64,000 nt of DNA from assembly GCF_006345805.1 (NCBI RefSeq), contig NC_042998.1, forward strand, positions 49,848,001 through 49,912,000, given 5' to 3'. The notes beneath the pieces were generated by a model. The model was not told where the DNA came from and ran no database searches. It saw only the letters and a program-made list of their open reading frames with translations. Of this stretch, positions 39,272 to 52,916 are shown piece by piece. Numbering within the stretch: the stretch's first letter is position 1; every line of letters starts with the position of its first letter. Source of the DNA: Octopus sinensis (Eukaryota). The translations under genes and the position numbers were made by a program.

Positions 39272-40214
39272 CACATACATACACATTATTTTATATATAC
39301 ATACATGTATATATATATATATTTGTATATATATGTAGGTTAATGTGTATTAATACATATCACACACACACAGATGTATATGTAATTACTGTTATGGATG
39401 CGTACATACGTACATAGCTCGCATGCATATGCACATTCATATATACATATACATACACATTATATGCACTCATTAAACAGAGTAGCGATGATAATGTCAA
39501 CTGAGTAAGTCGGGAAGGAAATGTGAAAAGAAATCTTTTCCTTTAACTATGAAATGGATAAACAATTTAACAAACAACAACAGCAGCAGCAGCGACAACA
39601 ATAACAGAAACAGCAGTAAAGAAAAGAATAAGACAAACCTCAACAAAGCGAAAACTTAAAAAAAAAAAATTTAGTTGAACGCAGATCAGCGTTAACACTC
39701 AAAAGAACGTACAAGAACAACAAGAACACTAACAATGATGGCAGCGCCAATAAGGAAAGGAAAAAGAACAACGGTAACTAAAGGTAAAACTTGGATTAAA
39801 AAAAAAATTTAATTGAATAAACTATCAGTATCAGCATGCACACTCGAAAAAAAAAAGGAAAGAAAAAGAAACAAACAATAACAATGGTGACAAAAAAAGG
39901 GACTAACACACAATCATTCACACAAACATACATTCACATACACACAACATACAGCAAACACACACATACACACACACATACACGCGCACAAACACTCGCA
40001 CAAACTCACAAGCAAACACAAGAAATAATGTGGAAAATCATCATCATTATCAGCGGCAACAGTATGAAACGTCAGTCACTCGGTCAATCATCATCATCAT
40101 CATCATCATCATCGTCGTTGTCGTCTTGAACAAAAACAAGACGACAAACAAGAGCAACGACTACAACAAAGAACAACACTGCAATCATCATCATCATCGT
40201 CGTCGTCGTCATCG

Positions 40215-40282
<68 letters not shown>

Positions 40283-41410
40283 CATATGTTTTAAATCAGG
40301 GTTTTGTCCCCGTTAACGGGGGTGGCCGGATCTACCTCAATGCCATAGCAACCGAGGTAGGCAGGTGTAGCCTATCCCAACCTTTGGGCTGGCTGGTGCC
40401 CATTCTCCTTTGCTATCATGAGGCTTTTTTGGAGTTGGATTTTCTACGGGGTGCATGCCCTTGCTTACCCCACCCCACCCAATCTCAGTTTCTAGACATG
40501 AGTGATCCCGAGACCAAGGCCTCTACCACGATTTTAAAGAAATGTGGTGGAAAACTAGCTCAGGAAGGCAGGGACACTACTCCATGAGACCTCTCTCGGA
40601 GCCTCCCTACCTAGTGCAATGCACTACAATAATTCTTAATGATATAAGCACAAGGCCTGGAATTTTGGTGGAGTGGCACTAGTCGATCACATCGACCCCA
40701 GTACTCAACTGGTTCTTATTTTATCGACCCCGACGGGATGAACGCCAAAGCCAACCTCGAGATTTAAACACAGAACGTGGAAAGACAGGTGGGATGCCGT
40801 TAAATATCTTGTCCGACGCGCAACACTTCACTAAAATATCTTTTATCTTTTAATTGGTTCAATCATTATCTGGAACTATGTTGGGCACTCGCGGTGAAGA
40901 ATTTTGTTTTGTTTTAGCCGATCGAATCGAGCCCAATCAAAGTATGGTACTCAATCTATCCGTCTTTTTTTGCAGAAGCAGGGACATAAACACACTAACA
41001 CCGGTTATCAAGTGGTAAAGGGGAACAAGCACAGACACACAAAGACACAAACATACACATGCACGCACATATACGCGGGCGCACATATAGTGTCAGTAGT
41101 TAGTGTAAATTCCAGCTGTTTCCTCTTGAAGCACAGCTGGTTATTCTATTATTACAATCCAGTAAGTAGTCTCTGTTGCTGCTGTACGTTAGCTTAAAAT
41201 ACATATTGGTTTCAAATTTTGGCACAAGGGCAGCAAATACGAAGAAGGGGCTCGTCGATTACATCGACACCAGTGTTTAACTGGTATTTATTTTATCGAC
41301 CCCGAAAGGATGAAAGGCAAAGTTGACAAAACTTTATTCTAAACTATATTGCACAAAACTACAAGCACGATATTGCGCTATACTGCATTTCTATTATACA
41401 TACAACAATC

Positions 41411-41960
41411 AAGGCAGTGAACTGGCAGAATCGTTAGCACGCCGGGCGAAATGCTTAGCGGTATTTTGTCTGTCTTTACGTTCTGAGTTTAAATTCCGCC
41501 GAGGTCGACTTTACCTTTCATCCTTTCGGGGTCGATAAATTAAGGACCAGTTACACACTGGGGTCGATATAATCGACTTAATCCGTATGCCTGTCCTTTT
41601 TTGTCCTCTCTGTGTTTAGCCCCTTGCGGGTAGTAAAGAAATAGGTATTTCGCCTGTCACTACGTTCTGAGTTCAATTTCCGCCGAGATCGACTTTACCT
41701 TTCATCCTTTCGGGGTCGATTAAATAAGAACCAGTTACGCACTGGGGTCGATATAATCGACTTAATTCGTTTTTCTGTCCTTGTTTGTCCTCTGTGTTTA
41801 GTCCCTTGTGGGTAGTAAAGAAAAAGGTATTTCGTTTGCCGCTACGTTCCGAGTTCGAATTTCACTTTGCCTTTCATCCTTTCGCGGGTCAATAAATTAA
41901 GCACCAGTTGCGTACTGGAGTCGATCTCCAAATTTCAGGCCCTGTGCCTATAGTAGAAAG
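41411..41960 (+). mobile_element. SINE family A tandem multimer (one head plus 182-184-bp headless units)
   Basis: GGTATTT unit starts at 41460, 41644 and 41826. Confidence 0.9.
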
Positions 41961-42176
41961 GATTAAAGCAGCGAGCTGGTAGAATTGTTAGCACGCTTAA
42001 CGAAAGTGCATAGCGCTATTTCATCTGTCTTTACGTTTTGTGTTCAAGTTTTTGCGAAGTTGACTTTGCTGTTCATCCTTTCGGGTTCGAGGAAATAATA
42101 GCAGCCATGTACAGGATTCGAAGTAATCGATTAGACCCTTCCTATCAAAAATAAAAAAATATCGTTTGATGTTTCT

Positions 42177-42640
42177 AAGGCGGCGAGCTGGCAAAGTCGT
42201 TAGCACGCCGGGTGAAATGCTTAGCGGTATTTCGTCTGTGTTACGTTGTGAGTTCGAATTCCGCCGAGGTCGACTTTGCCTTTCATCCTTTCGGGGTCGA
42301 TAAATCAAGTACCAGTTACGCACTAGGGTCGATGTAATCGACTTAATACCTATGTCTGTCCTTGTTTGTCCCCTCTGTGTTTAGCCCCTTGTGGGTAATA
42401 AAGAAATAGGTATTTCGTCTGCGTTACGTTGTGAGTTCAAATTCCGCCGAGGTCGACTTTGCCTTTCATCCTTTCGGGGTCGATAAATTAAGTACCAGTT
42501 ACGCACTGGGGTCGATGTAATCGACTTAATAACTATGTCTGTCCTTGTTTGTCCCCTCTGTGTTTAGCCCCTTGTGGGTAATAAAGAAATAGGTATTTCG
42601 TCTGCCGCTACGTTCTGAGTTCAAATTCCGCCGAGGTCGT
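42177..42640 (+). mobile_element. SINE family A tandem multimer (one head plus 183-bp headless units)
   Basis: GGTATTT unit starts at 42226, 42409 and 42592; units nearly identical. Confidence 0.92.
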
Positions 42641-44154
42641 CAAAGCTTTTAAAAATAAAGAAATAAGAATCTTTAGCACGCGGGAGAAAAATTAAGTGTT
42701 TTGCGGTATTTCTTCCGTTTATACGTTCTGAGTTCAAATTCCGCCGAGGTCACTTTTGCCTTTCATTCTTTCGGGGTCGATGAAATAAGTTCCAGTGAAC
42801 CCTCCACCGAAATTGATGGCTTTGTGACTATAGTAGAAAGTATTATTTGACGTTTCTAAATCGGTGAGGTAGCAGAATTGTCACGACGCCGGATAAAATG
42901 CTTAACGCCATTTCTTTCGTCTTTACGTTCTGAGTTCAAACTTCTCGAGGTCGGCGTCGATGGAATATGTATAGTTAAGAACTGGGGTCAACATATTCGA
43001 TTAGTCCCCCCACCACCAAAAGAGGTAAAAAATTCAGTCAGTGTGCCTATAATAGAAAGAATTATGCATACTGTGCTAAACCAAAACATGCAACGATACA
43101 CTTATACAGCATTACATTATGCGGCACTATTTTCTTAACTTCCCTTCATTTCCACATTTCTTATTACCTTCCGCCACTATGTTCACAGGTAAAAATGAGA
43201 TAAAAACCAAACAAGGAAACATACACACAAATACGCAAACGCCCGCACACGCACAAAGACATACACATGCAGAGAAAAGGTATCGATGAAAAAATCATCA
43301 AATTAAGAGAATAATTAGTGGTTTATTGGTTTTAGAGTATTACATGCTGGCAGCGGCGGACGCGGTGATGGTGGTGAGGATGATGATGGTGAGGGGAAGA
43401 GGAAGGAGGGAAGGGGAGGAAGGATGAAGAGGAATAGGAGGAGGAAGAGGAAGGAGGAAAGGGGAGGAAGGATGAAGAGGAATAGGAGGAGAAGGAGGAG
43501 GAGGAGGAAGGAGAATGAGTAGGCGGGAGGGAGGAAGAGGAAGCAGGTGGAAGGAGAAAGCAGAGGAGGATGAGGAATTAGGATGATGTTGTGAAGGTAG
43601 AAGGAGGAAGTGGAGAGGGGGATCAAACGAGAGGCGAGGAAGGCAACGAGGAAGATGAAGGAAAGATGATGGCGATGATTGTGGCGATTGTGATGGCGGT
43701 TGCTATGGGATTTTGGTGAAGGTGTTGCACATCGTGAATGATGGTGTGTGATGAAATTAACAACAGTACAGCAGCGGTGGCAGTTGTGGTGGTAATAATG
43801 GAACTGAAGACTGAGTATTGGTGGTAGTAGTGGAGGTGTTAGTAGGAGTACTGTTGCTAGTGTTGTTAGTAGTGGTGGTAATAATCATATTTTATCTTGT
43901 ATCTTTTACTAGTTTCAGTTATTAGACTACGGCCAGGCTGGGGCACCGACTTGAACAACGTTTAATCGAATGGAACGACCCCAGGACTTATTGTATTTTC
44001 CCAAAGTCTGACGCCTATTCTATCGGTCATTTTTGCTGAACTGCTATGTTACAGGGACGTAAATATACCACCACAGTTTGTCATGCGGTGGTGAGGAACA
44101 AACACAGGCACAAAGACACACACACACACACATACGCACACACACTCACACACA

Positions 44155-44193
<39 letters not shown>

Positions 44194-44252
44194 GGTAATG
44201 TTTCAACAAGTAGAAAAGCACTTGATCAGCTAAGAGAGTGAAGATAATCTTA

Positions 44253-44484
44253 AATTAAAAACCGCAAATCTTGCAAATACAGCTACCCAGGGTTTCCTGG
44301 TCGAAATAACAATTATTTATTCCGCCATTTATCAAGCTGAAAAGAGGACCATTTATTGGTTGTCTTTTACAAGTCAACTGAAAAACGGTCTTATTTTCAG
44401 CATAAGAAATGGTGGAATAGAAAATTATTATTTCGATCAAGAAACTCTGGGTAGTCGTAATTGCAAGATTTGTGGTTTTTAATT
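44253..44484. repeat. 232-bp foldback / MITE-like palindrome
   Basis: 98-bp arms (44253-44350, 44387-44484) align without gaps with 16 mismatches; the centre also pairs. Confidence 0.9.
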
Positions 44485-44490
44485 ATATAT

Positions 44491-44596
<106 letters not shown>

Positions 44597-44599
44597 AGC

Positions 44600-44805
44600 C
44601 TTTCTACTATAGGCACAAGGCCTGAAATTTTTTGGGGGCAGTGGACTAGTCGATAACATCGACCCCAGTGTTTCAGTGGTACTTAATTTATCGACTCCGA
44701 AAGGATGAAAGGCAAAGTCGACCTAAGCAGAATTTGAACTCAGAACGTAGCGACGGGCGAAATATGGCTAAGCCTTTTTCGTCCAGCGAGCTAACGATTC
44801 TACCA
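44600..44805 (-). mobile_element. SINE family A with third tail type (GGCCTTGTGCCTATAGTAGAAAGG)
   Basis: Family A body; the tail is also seen at 41935-41960. Confidence 0.85.
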
Positions 44806-44890
44806 ATACATATATATATATGAAATTCTTTTTCAGAATGTGATAAAAAAACCAAGGCTCTGAAGATTTTAGAACATTTATAAATAGAAG

Positions 44891-44938
44891 GTTTTACAGC
44901 TGTTTCCAGGATATTTATTATATCCCTTTATCGGAGAC
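44891..44938 (-). ncRNA. degenerate type I hammerhead motif
   Basis: GTCT-CCGATAA-AGGGATAT..ATATCCT-G-GAAA-CAGCTG-T-A-AAAC; core carries two transitions; palindromic CAGCTG. Confidence 0.4.
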
Positions 44939-45252
44939 GGTGTGAGAAAATGGTTAAACAGATTCTGCGTACAAAACGTACTCATAAGACTTTGGTCGCC
45001 CCAAGGCTATAGTAGAAAACACTTGCCCATGGTGCCACTCAATCGGACTGAACCTTGAATCATGTGGTTGGGAAGCAAGCATATTAATAAATAGCCAGTC
45101 CGCACCTAATGTTGGCTTAGGTTATAGTGGTTATGGTGGTGATAGGGGTATTTGAGATGGTGGTGGTGTTAGTGTTAGTATGTGTGATGAGTTTTTCCAG
45201 AATGTGAGGATTGACTGTTGTGGTTGTCATATTGTTGTTAGCTGTGATGGAG

Positions 45253-45575
45253 TGAAGGCGCACGGCTTAGTGGTGAGGGCATTCGGCTCACGATCGGAAA
45301 GTCATGAGTTCGATTCCCGGCAGTGCCTTGTGTCTTTAGGCGAGACACCTTGTTTTATGTTCCTCTAGTCCACCCAGCTGGCAAAAAACGAGTAGTACCT
45401 GTAATTCAAAGGGCCGGACTTGCCAATTCTGTGTGATGCTGGATCTCCCCGAGAACTACGTTAAGGGTACGCGTGTCTGTGGAGTGCTCAGCGACTTGGA
45501 AATTAGTTTCACGATAAGGCTATTCTGGTGATTAGATCAACTTGAACACTCTTCATTGCAACCGAAAGAGTGTCA
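45253..45575 (+). mobile_element. tRNA-derived CORE-type SINE (family E)
   Basis: TGAAGGCGCACGGCTTAGTGG head, GAGTTCGATTCC B-box, CORE-like CTAGTCCACCCAGCTG; second copy at 62606-62912 (-). Confidence 0.85.
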
Positions 45576-46209
45576 CTTGTGAAAGTAGTTGCAGTTACGC
45601 TGGTACTAGTCGTTCAAGTTACGCCCTCACCTAAACTTGCTGGCCTTGTACTAAAATTTGAAATCAATATTTGTTCTTGATTTAAGATGGTGAGCTGGCA
45701 GAATCGTTATTGCGCCGGGGCAAAATGATTGCGGAATTTTATCCGTTTTTACGCTCTGAGTTCAAATTCCGCCGAGGTCGACTTTGCCTTTCACCCTTTC
45801 ATAATCGATACAATACGATCCAGTTGAGTATTTGGGTCGATGTAATCGACTTACACCCTTCCCCGAAATTGCTGTGTTTCTGCCGAAATTTGAAAGCAAT
45901 ATTAGTCCTTGGTTTGGACACAAGCATAGCTTAAATGTTTAGAAGTTCACTTCAATACCATGAGGTTGCATGCTCGATTTCACTTCGTCGCATTTTGAAG
46001 TCGAATCAAAACTTTGGGTTGGCTCAAAAAAGCCCTGCGAATGAATTTGGGTCAACGGAAATTTTGCAGAAGCATGTAATACGGACGGAAACTTTACAGA
46101 AGCTTGATGGAGAGATTATGTTCAAAGATCCATTAGAAATAATGATCAAGTCCTGTCACAGATTTATAATGCTGATTCCAAGTGAGAATTGCCTTACGGA
46201 TACACGTGT

Positions 46210-46444
46210 CTCTTTTACTCTTTTACTTGTTTCAGTCATTTGACTGCGGCCATGCTGGAGCACCGCCTTTAGTCGAGCAAATCGACCCCAGGACTTATTC
46301 TTTGTAAGCCTAGTACTTATCCTATCGGCCTCTTTTGCCGAACCACTAAGTTACGGGGACGTAAACGCACCATCATCGGTTGTCAAGCGATGTTGGGGGC
46401 CCAACACAAACACACAAATATATACGCACACACATACATATATA

Positions 46445-46494
<50 letters not shown>

Positions 46495-46662
46495 TACGAC
46501 GGACCTCTTTCAGTTTCCGTCTACCAAATCCAATCACAAGGCTTTGGTCGGCCCAAGGCTATAGTAGAAGACACTTGCCCAAGGTGCCACGCAGTGGGAC
46601 TGAACCCGGAACCATGTGGTTGGTAAGCAAGCAACTTACCACACAGCCACTCCTGCATCTAT
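46210..46662 (-). mobile_element. SINE family B, full length
   Basis: Family B consensus with internal (TA)n. Confidence 0.93.
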
Positions 46663-47408
46663 GAAAACTCATAGATGCACTGTCTATGAAATACTCATCA
46701 ACATGGCTCATTTATTCAATGAGTTAGTTGTCCAGTTGATCGGACAGCTGAATTCTCATCTACAGAAATCGACGTGGAAGTCCACCAGTTAAGATAACAG
46801 TAGGTCTCGTGATCTTTTCCATTATAGTGGTTCTAATGTTAATTATGTTTGCTGTCATGGTTAGTATGATGATACTGATTTTTCTTCTGCCGTTTATTAT
46901 TGTTGTGATTATACGTGTGGCTGTACTTATGTACCTATTTTGAAAATTATATTGCTGAAAGTATAAAGACTTTGATCTATAGATCAGTAGATACTCAGAT
47001 CATTAGCGATGTTGTTTGATGAGAAGCTAAAAATATGTAAACATGCGCATCACAACCGAACATGAGAACAGTTCCACTGATATAGTTTAACCTGAAGTCC
47101 ACTACCAGTGAGCTGATTTATGATCAAAAGCATTCTGTGTTGACCCCGCATTTTCTGTGTGTTGGACTACAATTCCCGGGGTGTTCTTTGTTGTATTAAT
47201 ACAGTAGGGTGCAATTTGAGTTTCTTTTTTGCTTTTTTGCTTTTACGACTAGAATGTGGCAGCAGGGTTGATCAGGGTCTAATCCAAAGTATTTTGTAAA
47301 ATGTAGCCCTGGGATGCAGTTTGTTGCTTTCTTTTAAGCATTCGGTTGTGTAGTTTTGTGCCACAGTCATGCCCACGTACAGCTGACATTTATTAACTAA
47401 ACCCGAGT

Positions 47409-47700
47409 GGAGGCACATGGCCTAGTGGTTAGAGCAGCGGACTCGCGGTCGAGGGATCGCGTTTTCGAATTTCAGACCGGGCGATGTGTGTGTTTATAAG
47501 CGAAACACCTAAGCTCCACGCAGCTCCGGCAGAAGGTAATGGCGAACTTCTGCTGACTCTTTCGCCACAACTTTCTCTCCCTCTTTCCTCCTGAATCTTG
47601 CAGCTCACCTGCGACGGACCGGCGTCCACTCCAGGTGGGGAATCTATACGCCAAGGAAACCGGGAAACCGGCCCTTATGAAGCAGGCATGGCCCGAGATG
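47409..47700 (+). mobile_element. tRNA-derived V-type SINE
   Basis: Homologous to 38722-38990. Confidence 0.82.
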
Positions 47701-49989
47701 GAACAAACAAACTAAACTCGACAACGTTACAGAGCATTTAATTGCATGCAAGTTTCTACACAGTTGCTCAACTTTTAAGAGCTGCAATCATATCTCTCAG
47801 ATCACACTTTAATCTACAACGCTAATAAAAGGTGCATCGGTAAATGTAAGCACTGATTGAAGGGAAAACAATCAAAGAAGTAGTCATAACTGAAGTATCT
47901 TTCACCATAGGCATGTTCTATCAAAGCTGACCAAGGTGGCTAAAGCAGCAAAAATAATAACTACGTCAGCATTATAGGGCAGCTGGAAAATGTTCATCTT
48001 GTTTTCTTATTCCTATGGAGGCAGTCTTGGAATTCATTTGTATTTATATTCTCAGTTTATCATCTAAACCATGAATGGCATTTTTATTCAAGACTGTAAT
48101 CCATGTTCTTACATAAACTTTTAATGCTGCTACAATGAACTTGCTTTGAAATGATGCTTTTGTGCGTATTGTATTCAAAATTCTACAGCTCAAACTCTAC
48201 ATTATATGGCAAACCTTTTGTCCCATCTGTTTATATATTGCACTGTATTTCTTTGTATTATTTTTCTCTTGCTTCAGCGAAGCAATCACCAGACATCTCA
48301 TTATTGTGAACTTTTACATACACGTTCCTTTCAAATAGTTAAGTCGGCAAGTCGATTGTAACTAGTTGCTATTTCTGTCTTCTTTTTATAGTCTTTATAT
48401 GAGCAAGGTCATTTAAGTCGTACAAGTTCTTAGGTTGTTTAATCTTTATTTTTACTTTTATTTTGGTAAATAAATAAAGTTAATGACTCACTAGATAAGT
48501 TAGAGGAGCAGGAGAAACAGGTTTTAATCTCATATCCATTGCAGTCATTCTGCTGTGGTTGAAGCCAGGACAACAATTAATTTTATATCATAGTTCATAT
48601 AACTGTGAGCAATAGAATCGCTGGGGTTGTGAGAATTATTACCTGTAAATGGTCTGAAACCTTTCCTGTGACAACATCCTACTCCTTTCTCTTTAACACT
48701 TTTGAATCTGGAACTAAGCTCTGGTACTGGTCTCCTTGTAGAGACCTTTTGTCACAATTGAAAGTAGATAAGTAGATGAAATAATGAAGATACGTTTTTG
48801 TAGTAATTTAATCAGAAGAAAGAAGGTATCACTTTGAACCTTTTCAGGGCATCCGGTGATAAATAGCCCAAAAGCTTCCAACAGAGTTGATTCAGCTAAA
48901 AGTATTAAAGGATGAGATTTATTGTTGCATTGAAAAACGGATTAAGTCTACAATCCATAGGCGGCGAATAGGAGAAATCGTGAGAGCCTAGGATTAAATG
49001 ACTACAGTATTTTTTCCGACTTACCGCAGCACTGAGTTTAAATTCCTTGCTTTCCATTCTTACAAAGTCAGTGAAATGAAGTACTACTTCAGAGTAGGTG
49101 GACTTGTTAGTTTATCAGACTAGACACTTTAAGGTAATTGCTCCGGGTCTTTGTGTACTGAATACCCGGATAGCAGCCTGGTTCTTGAGGTTTAACGTCA
49201 TTGGTTCTTGGGTAACAGTAGTGGAGTTCAGTCCGTTGCAAACATGTCTCTGGTTTGAGGAAATCTCCCTACCCCAACCCACCTTGAAAAAAATAAAAGA
49301 TCACAACACGACAAAACGGTAAAAATAAATAAATAAATGAGTGGCTAAAAGGATCAGTTTTGCTGACGTGTTTCATAATGTTTCAGTTTGGAAAATACCA
49401 ATCACAATGCTATTTGATCCAAGGCTCTAACGTATATTCCGTAATATTCTCGCAAACAAGATGATAAACGTAGTCAGGGTTGTGTTAGTCATTAGTAACA
49501 TAGGCACAAGGTCAAGAATTTCGGGGAATGCGATTGCGTTGAGCCTCGTTCATGACTGGTACTTAATCAACACCAGAAGTGTGACATCGGTGAGATTTGA
49601 ATTGTAATTAAATACCGTAAGGAATTTTTCTCCAATGCTCTAATGGTTTTTGCAATCTACTACTTTAGTAAGAATTATAATAATGGTCGCCTTTAAGAAA
49701 AGAAGGATAATACTTTGTAACAAAATAAACTTTTTTGTCTTTGTTCTGTAAGTGTTATTTCTCGTTTGCTTCTATCTAGAAATTATTATTCCCTTCAAAC
49801 TGCTTTTGTGACTGGGACCTTAATGTTTTGAAACTAACCTATTTTCCCATTACATTTCAGACTTATTCAATATTGAGTTACTGAAGCAGAAATATCGTTA
49901 TAGCAAATATTCTGCTCAATACCACAGATTTGCTTGTCAGTTGCTTGACCTTAACCACTTGAGTATGCTCCTTACTGGCTGACAATATA

Positions 49990-50422
49990 CTCTTTTACTC
50001 TTTTACTTGTTTCAGTCATTTGAGTGTGGCCATGCTGAAGCACCGCCTTTAGTCGAGCAAATCGACCCCCAGGACTTATTCTTTGTAAGCCTAGTACATA
50101 TTCTATGGGTATCTTTTGTCGAACTGCTAAGTTATGGAACGTAAACACACCAGCATCGGTTGTCAAGCGATGTTGGGTTGGGGTGGGGGCACAAACATAG
50201 ACACACAAGCATACGCAGACACACACACACACACATATATATAGATATATACATATATACGATAGGCTTCTTTCAGTTTCCGTCTATCAAATCCACTCAT
50301 AAAACTTTGCTCGGCCCGAGATTATAGTAGAAGACACTTGCCCAAGGTGCTACGCAGTGGGACTGAACCCGGAACCATGTTGTTGGTAAGCAAGCTACTT
50401 ACCACACAGCCACTCCTACGCC
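49990..50422 (-). mobile_element. SINE family B, full length
   Basis: Family B consensus. Confidence 0.92.
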
Positions 50423-50819
50423 AAGCAGGAGTAATGAGGGAACATCATAGCCATGTGTTGAGAGGGATTCTTTGGGGTGGGTGGGTTAAACAAATGTCTT
50501 TAAAGCAAATTTTGAAGGAAATATTAGCCATTTTTAAATACTTTTGGGGGATAAGCAAATAGGAAATAACAGTCGCTATCCAAGGACAAAAATCGTGTTA
50601 CACAGCGTAATAATATATTAAATTGAGCTCAGAGTATTATTAGTAAATAGTTTATTGTATTTGCCTCCAGAGGTAACAAACATTGTGTTGACCCTAGAAT
50701 GGTTCAGACTAAGAATGGAGCTGGGTGTAAACTTAAATGTTGGAAAACTGTTTAAATTTGTGCTTTATTGATTCCGTCTTCTTATTAACTCGGTAATGAT
50801 TGCTATAAGGATCACGGTG

Positions 50820-51660
50820 TAATAAAAGGGTGTGAGTGGTTGATAGGATGGGGATGGTGGTGTACTTAGGTTCGGATAGTGATAACGATGGAGCCGATGG
50901 CGGTGGTGGGGGTGATGCTACTGCTGCTGTTCCCCCACCCCATTGCTCCTGTTCCTGTTCCTGCTGCATCCGCCACCGCTGCTGTTGCTGCTGCTGCTAT
51001 GATGATGATGATGATGATGAGAAGGAGAAGGAGCTGGAGGAGAAGAAGGATGAAGATGAGGATGACAGTGTCCACGACGATGGCGGCGGCGGCGAAGGCG
51101 GTGAACGCGGTGGCGGCGGCGGCGGCAGCGGGGTTGGTGGTGGTTGTGGAGGTGGTGCCGATGGTCATAATGTTGATGATAATGATCATGAAGGTCAGAT
51201 TATATTGGAGTTAATTTATGAAATGGTGATGATGATGATGATGCTGATGATGATGCTGGCGATGTAGTTGTTAGAATATTGGCAAAGCTGCTACCGATGG
51301 TGATGATGACATAGCTGTTGTGCCTGCTGATGCGACGGTGGTGGTGGTGGTGGTGTGGTGGTAGTGGTGGCCATGTCGGTAGTGGTGGCGGCGATATTTA
51401 GTAATTTCAATGGCTGTAATTATTACTCTACTAAACAAATCTGTAACAATGATCCCATTTGATTATCTTGAATGGCTAGGATGAGGATAATAGCATCGTT
51501 ACAGCTGTTGATGCTGTGTAGCAGCTGCTGTTAATGTTGTTGCTGCTGCTGCAGCTGAGCCTGATGCTACTGCTGCTGTTGCCGCTGCTGCTGCTGTTGG
51601 TGAAGATTTTAATGAAAAATAAGCGGGAGGTAGTTGAGAGACGGCGAATGGTAGCTAGCT
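50820..51660. repeat. trinucleotide mosaic (GGT/GGC/GAT/GCT)
   Basis: Direct inspection. Confidence 0.8.
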
Positions 51661-52277
51661 AGCTAGTGATGACATGTGATACGACGGTGACACAATGAGA
51701 GACTTGATTATAATGAAAACGCTAATTAGATTTGGTCAATTCTAATGAGCCAAGGCGCATCGTAATTCGATTAAAAATCATTAAGCATAACAACAACAAC
51801 AAGACCAACAACAACAATAACTACAACAACAGCGGCAGCATCAACAAAAATAATAACGAAAGCAATATAACTACTATTGTTACAATGACATGGTGAGTAA
51901 ATATATATATATATATACATATAAAACTGATCAATAACGGTTTCATGTTTTTTAAAAAAATATAAAGGCTGAGTTTGTTTGGTATGAAGGTCAAAAATTC
52001 AATCGATATAATTGTCCGTAATGTCTTTATTAGTTACTTATTTTATTGATCTTTGTAAAAGCGAACGACAATGCTGGCTTGGGCAGCGATTGATCTGAAA
52101 GCGTTAAGGTACAAGCCGTGCTGTGTTCAGACAGACACAGTTTATGTCTTATAATGGTTTTAAATTTAGATACAAGGTCAACAATTTTGAAGGGAGGGGA
52201 GGGAATTAGTCAAAGCCATTGATCTCAGTACTTCTCTGGTAAAAAACAAAAACAAAAAACAAAACAAAAAACCCTAG

Positions 52278-52564
52278 ATAAAACCTCCTTCGGTCGCGAA
52301 TGACCATGGAATTGCACCAAGAAAGTTACCCTCCGAAGCACAAGTCCGGGTAAGACCGTGCATACCAGCCTCCCCTCTCCACGCCACCGATGTAATCCAA
52401 GGGTAAGGTAAAAACCTATACAACTTGGCACCAGTGACGTCACAACTCATTTCTACGGCTGAGTGAACTGGAGTAATGTGAAATAAAGTGTCTTGCTCAA
52501 GAACACAGCACGTAGTCCTCATGATTGTGAACCCGACACTCTAACCACTGAACCATGCGCCTTG
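52278..52564 (-). mobile_element. tRNA-derived CORE-type SINE (family D)
   Basis: CORE-like TTGAGCAAGACACTTTATTTCACATTACTCCAGTTCACTCAGC; homologous to 55171-55512. Confidence 0.85.
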
Positions 52565-52916
52565 ATACATTTTATTTTATCGAAACCCACCAGCACCACC
52601 ACCACCACGAAAGGACAAAAGAAAAAAACGATCTCGGTGGGTTTTCAATTTAGAACACTCGAAAGTAGTTTTGCGACGCTTTAACAATTCTGCTAGCTCG
52701 CTGCTTTGATATACGGCTTATAACAGGAAGAACAACCAATCCTCCCCCTCCTTCAGAAAAACCTCCTCCTCCTCTTCTTCAAGCGGTTGCAACTCAGATG
52801 CGTTTCACCAAGTCGTACCAGGAATCTCCTTCACTGATTGGTAGGTTCTCAATTTTATGAGTGTCTCTTCCAATAACATCAATGTAACTGAGTGCTCTCC
52901 ATCTGCTGTTACAATA

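Noticed and set aside
47163-47180. GGACTACAATTCCC, a ZNF143/SBS-like promoter motif
   Set aside because: It lies within an old interspersed repeat also seen near 58500-58880, with no promoter context.
48650-48752. Possible minus-strand exon VSTRRPVPELSS...RPFT
   Set aside because: Weak acceptor, no homology, and expected by chance at this length.
50836-51267. Gly/Asp/Cys-rich 143-aa ORF
   Set aside because: Trinucleotide mosaic open in several frames on both strands; no domain.
52795-52850. Hammerhead-like GAAACGCATC-TGAG (similar weak cases at 3226, 4612, 19990, 61290)
   Set aside because: Core or stems are too degenerate to distinguish from chance.
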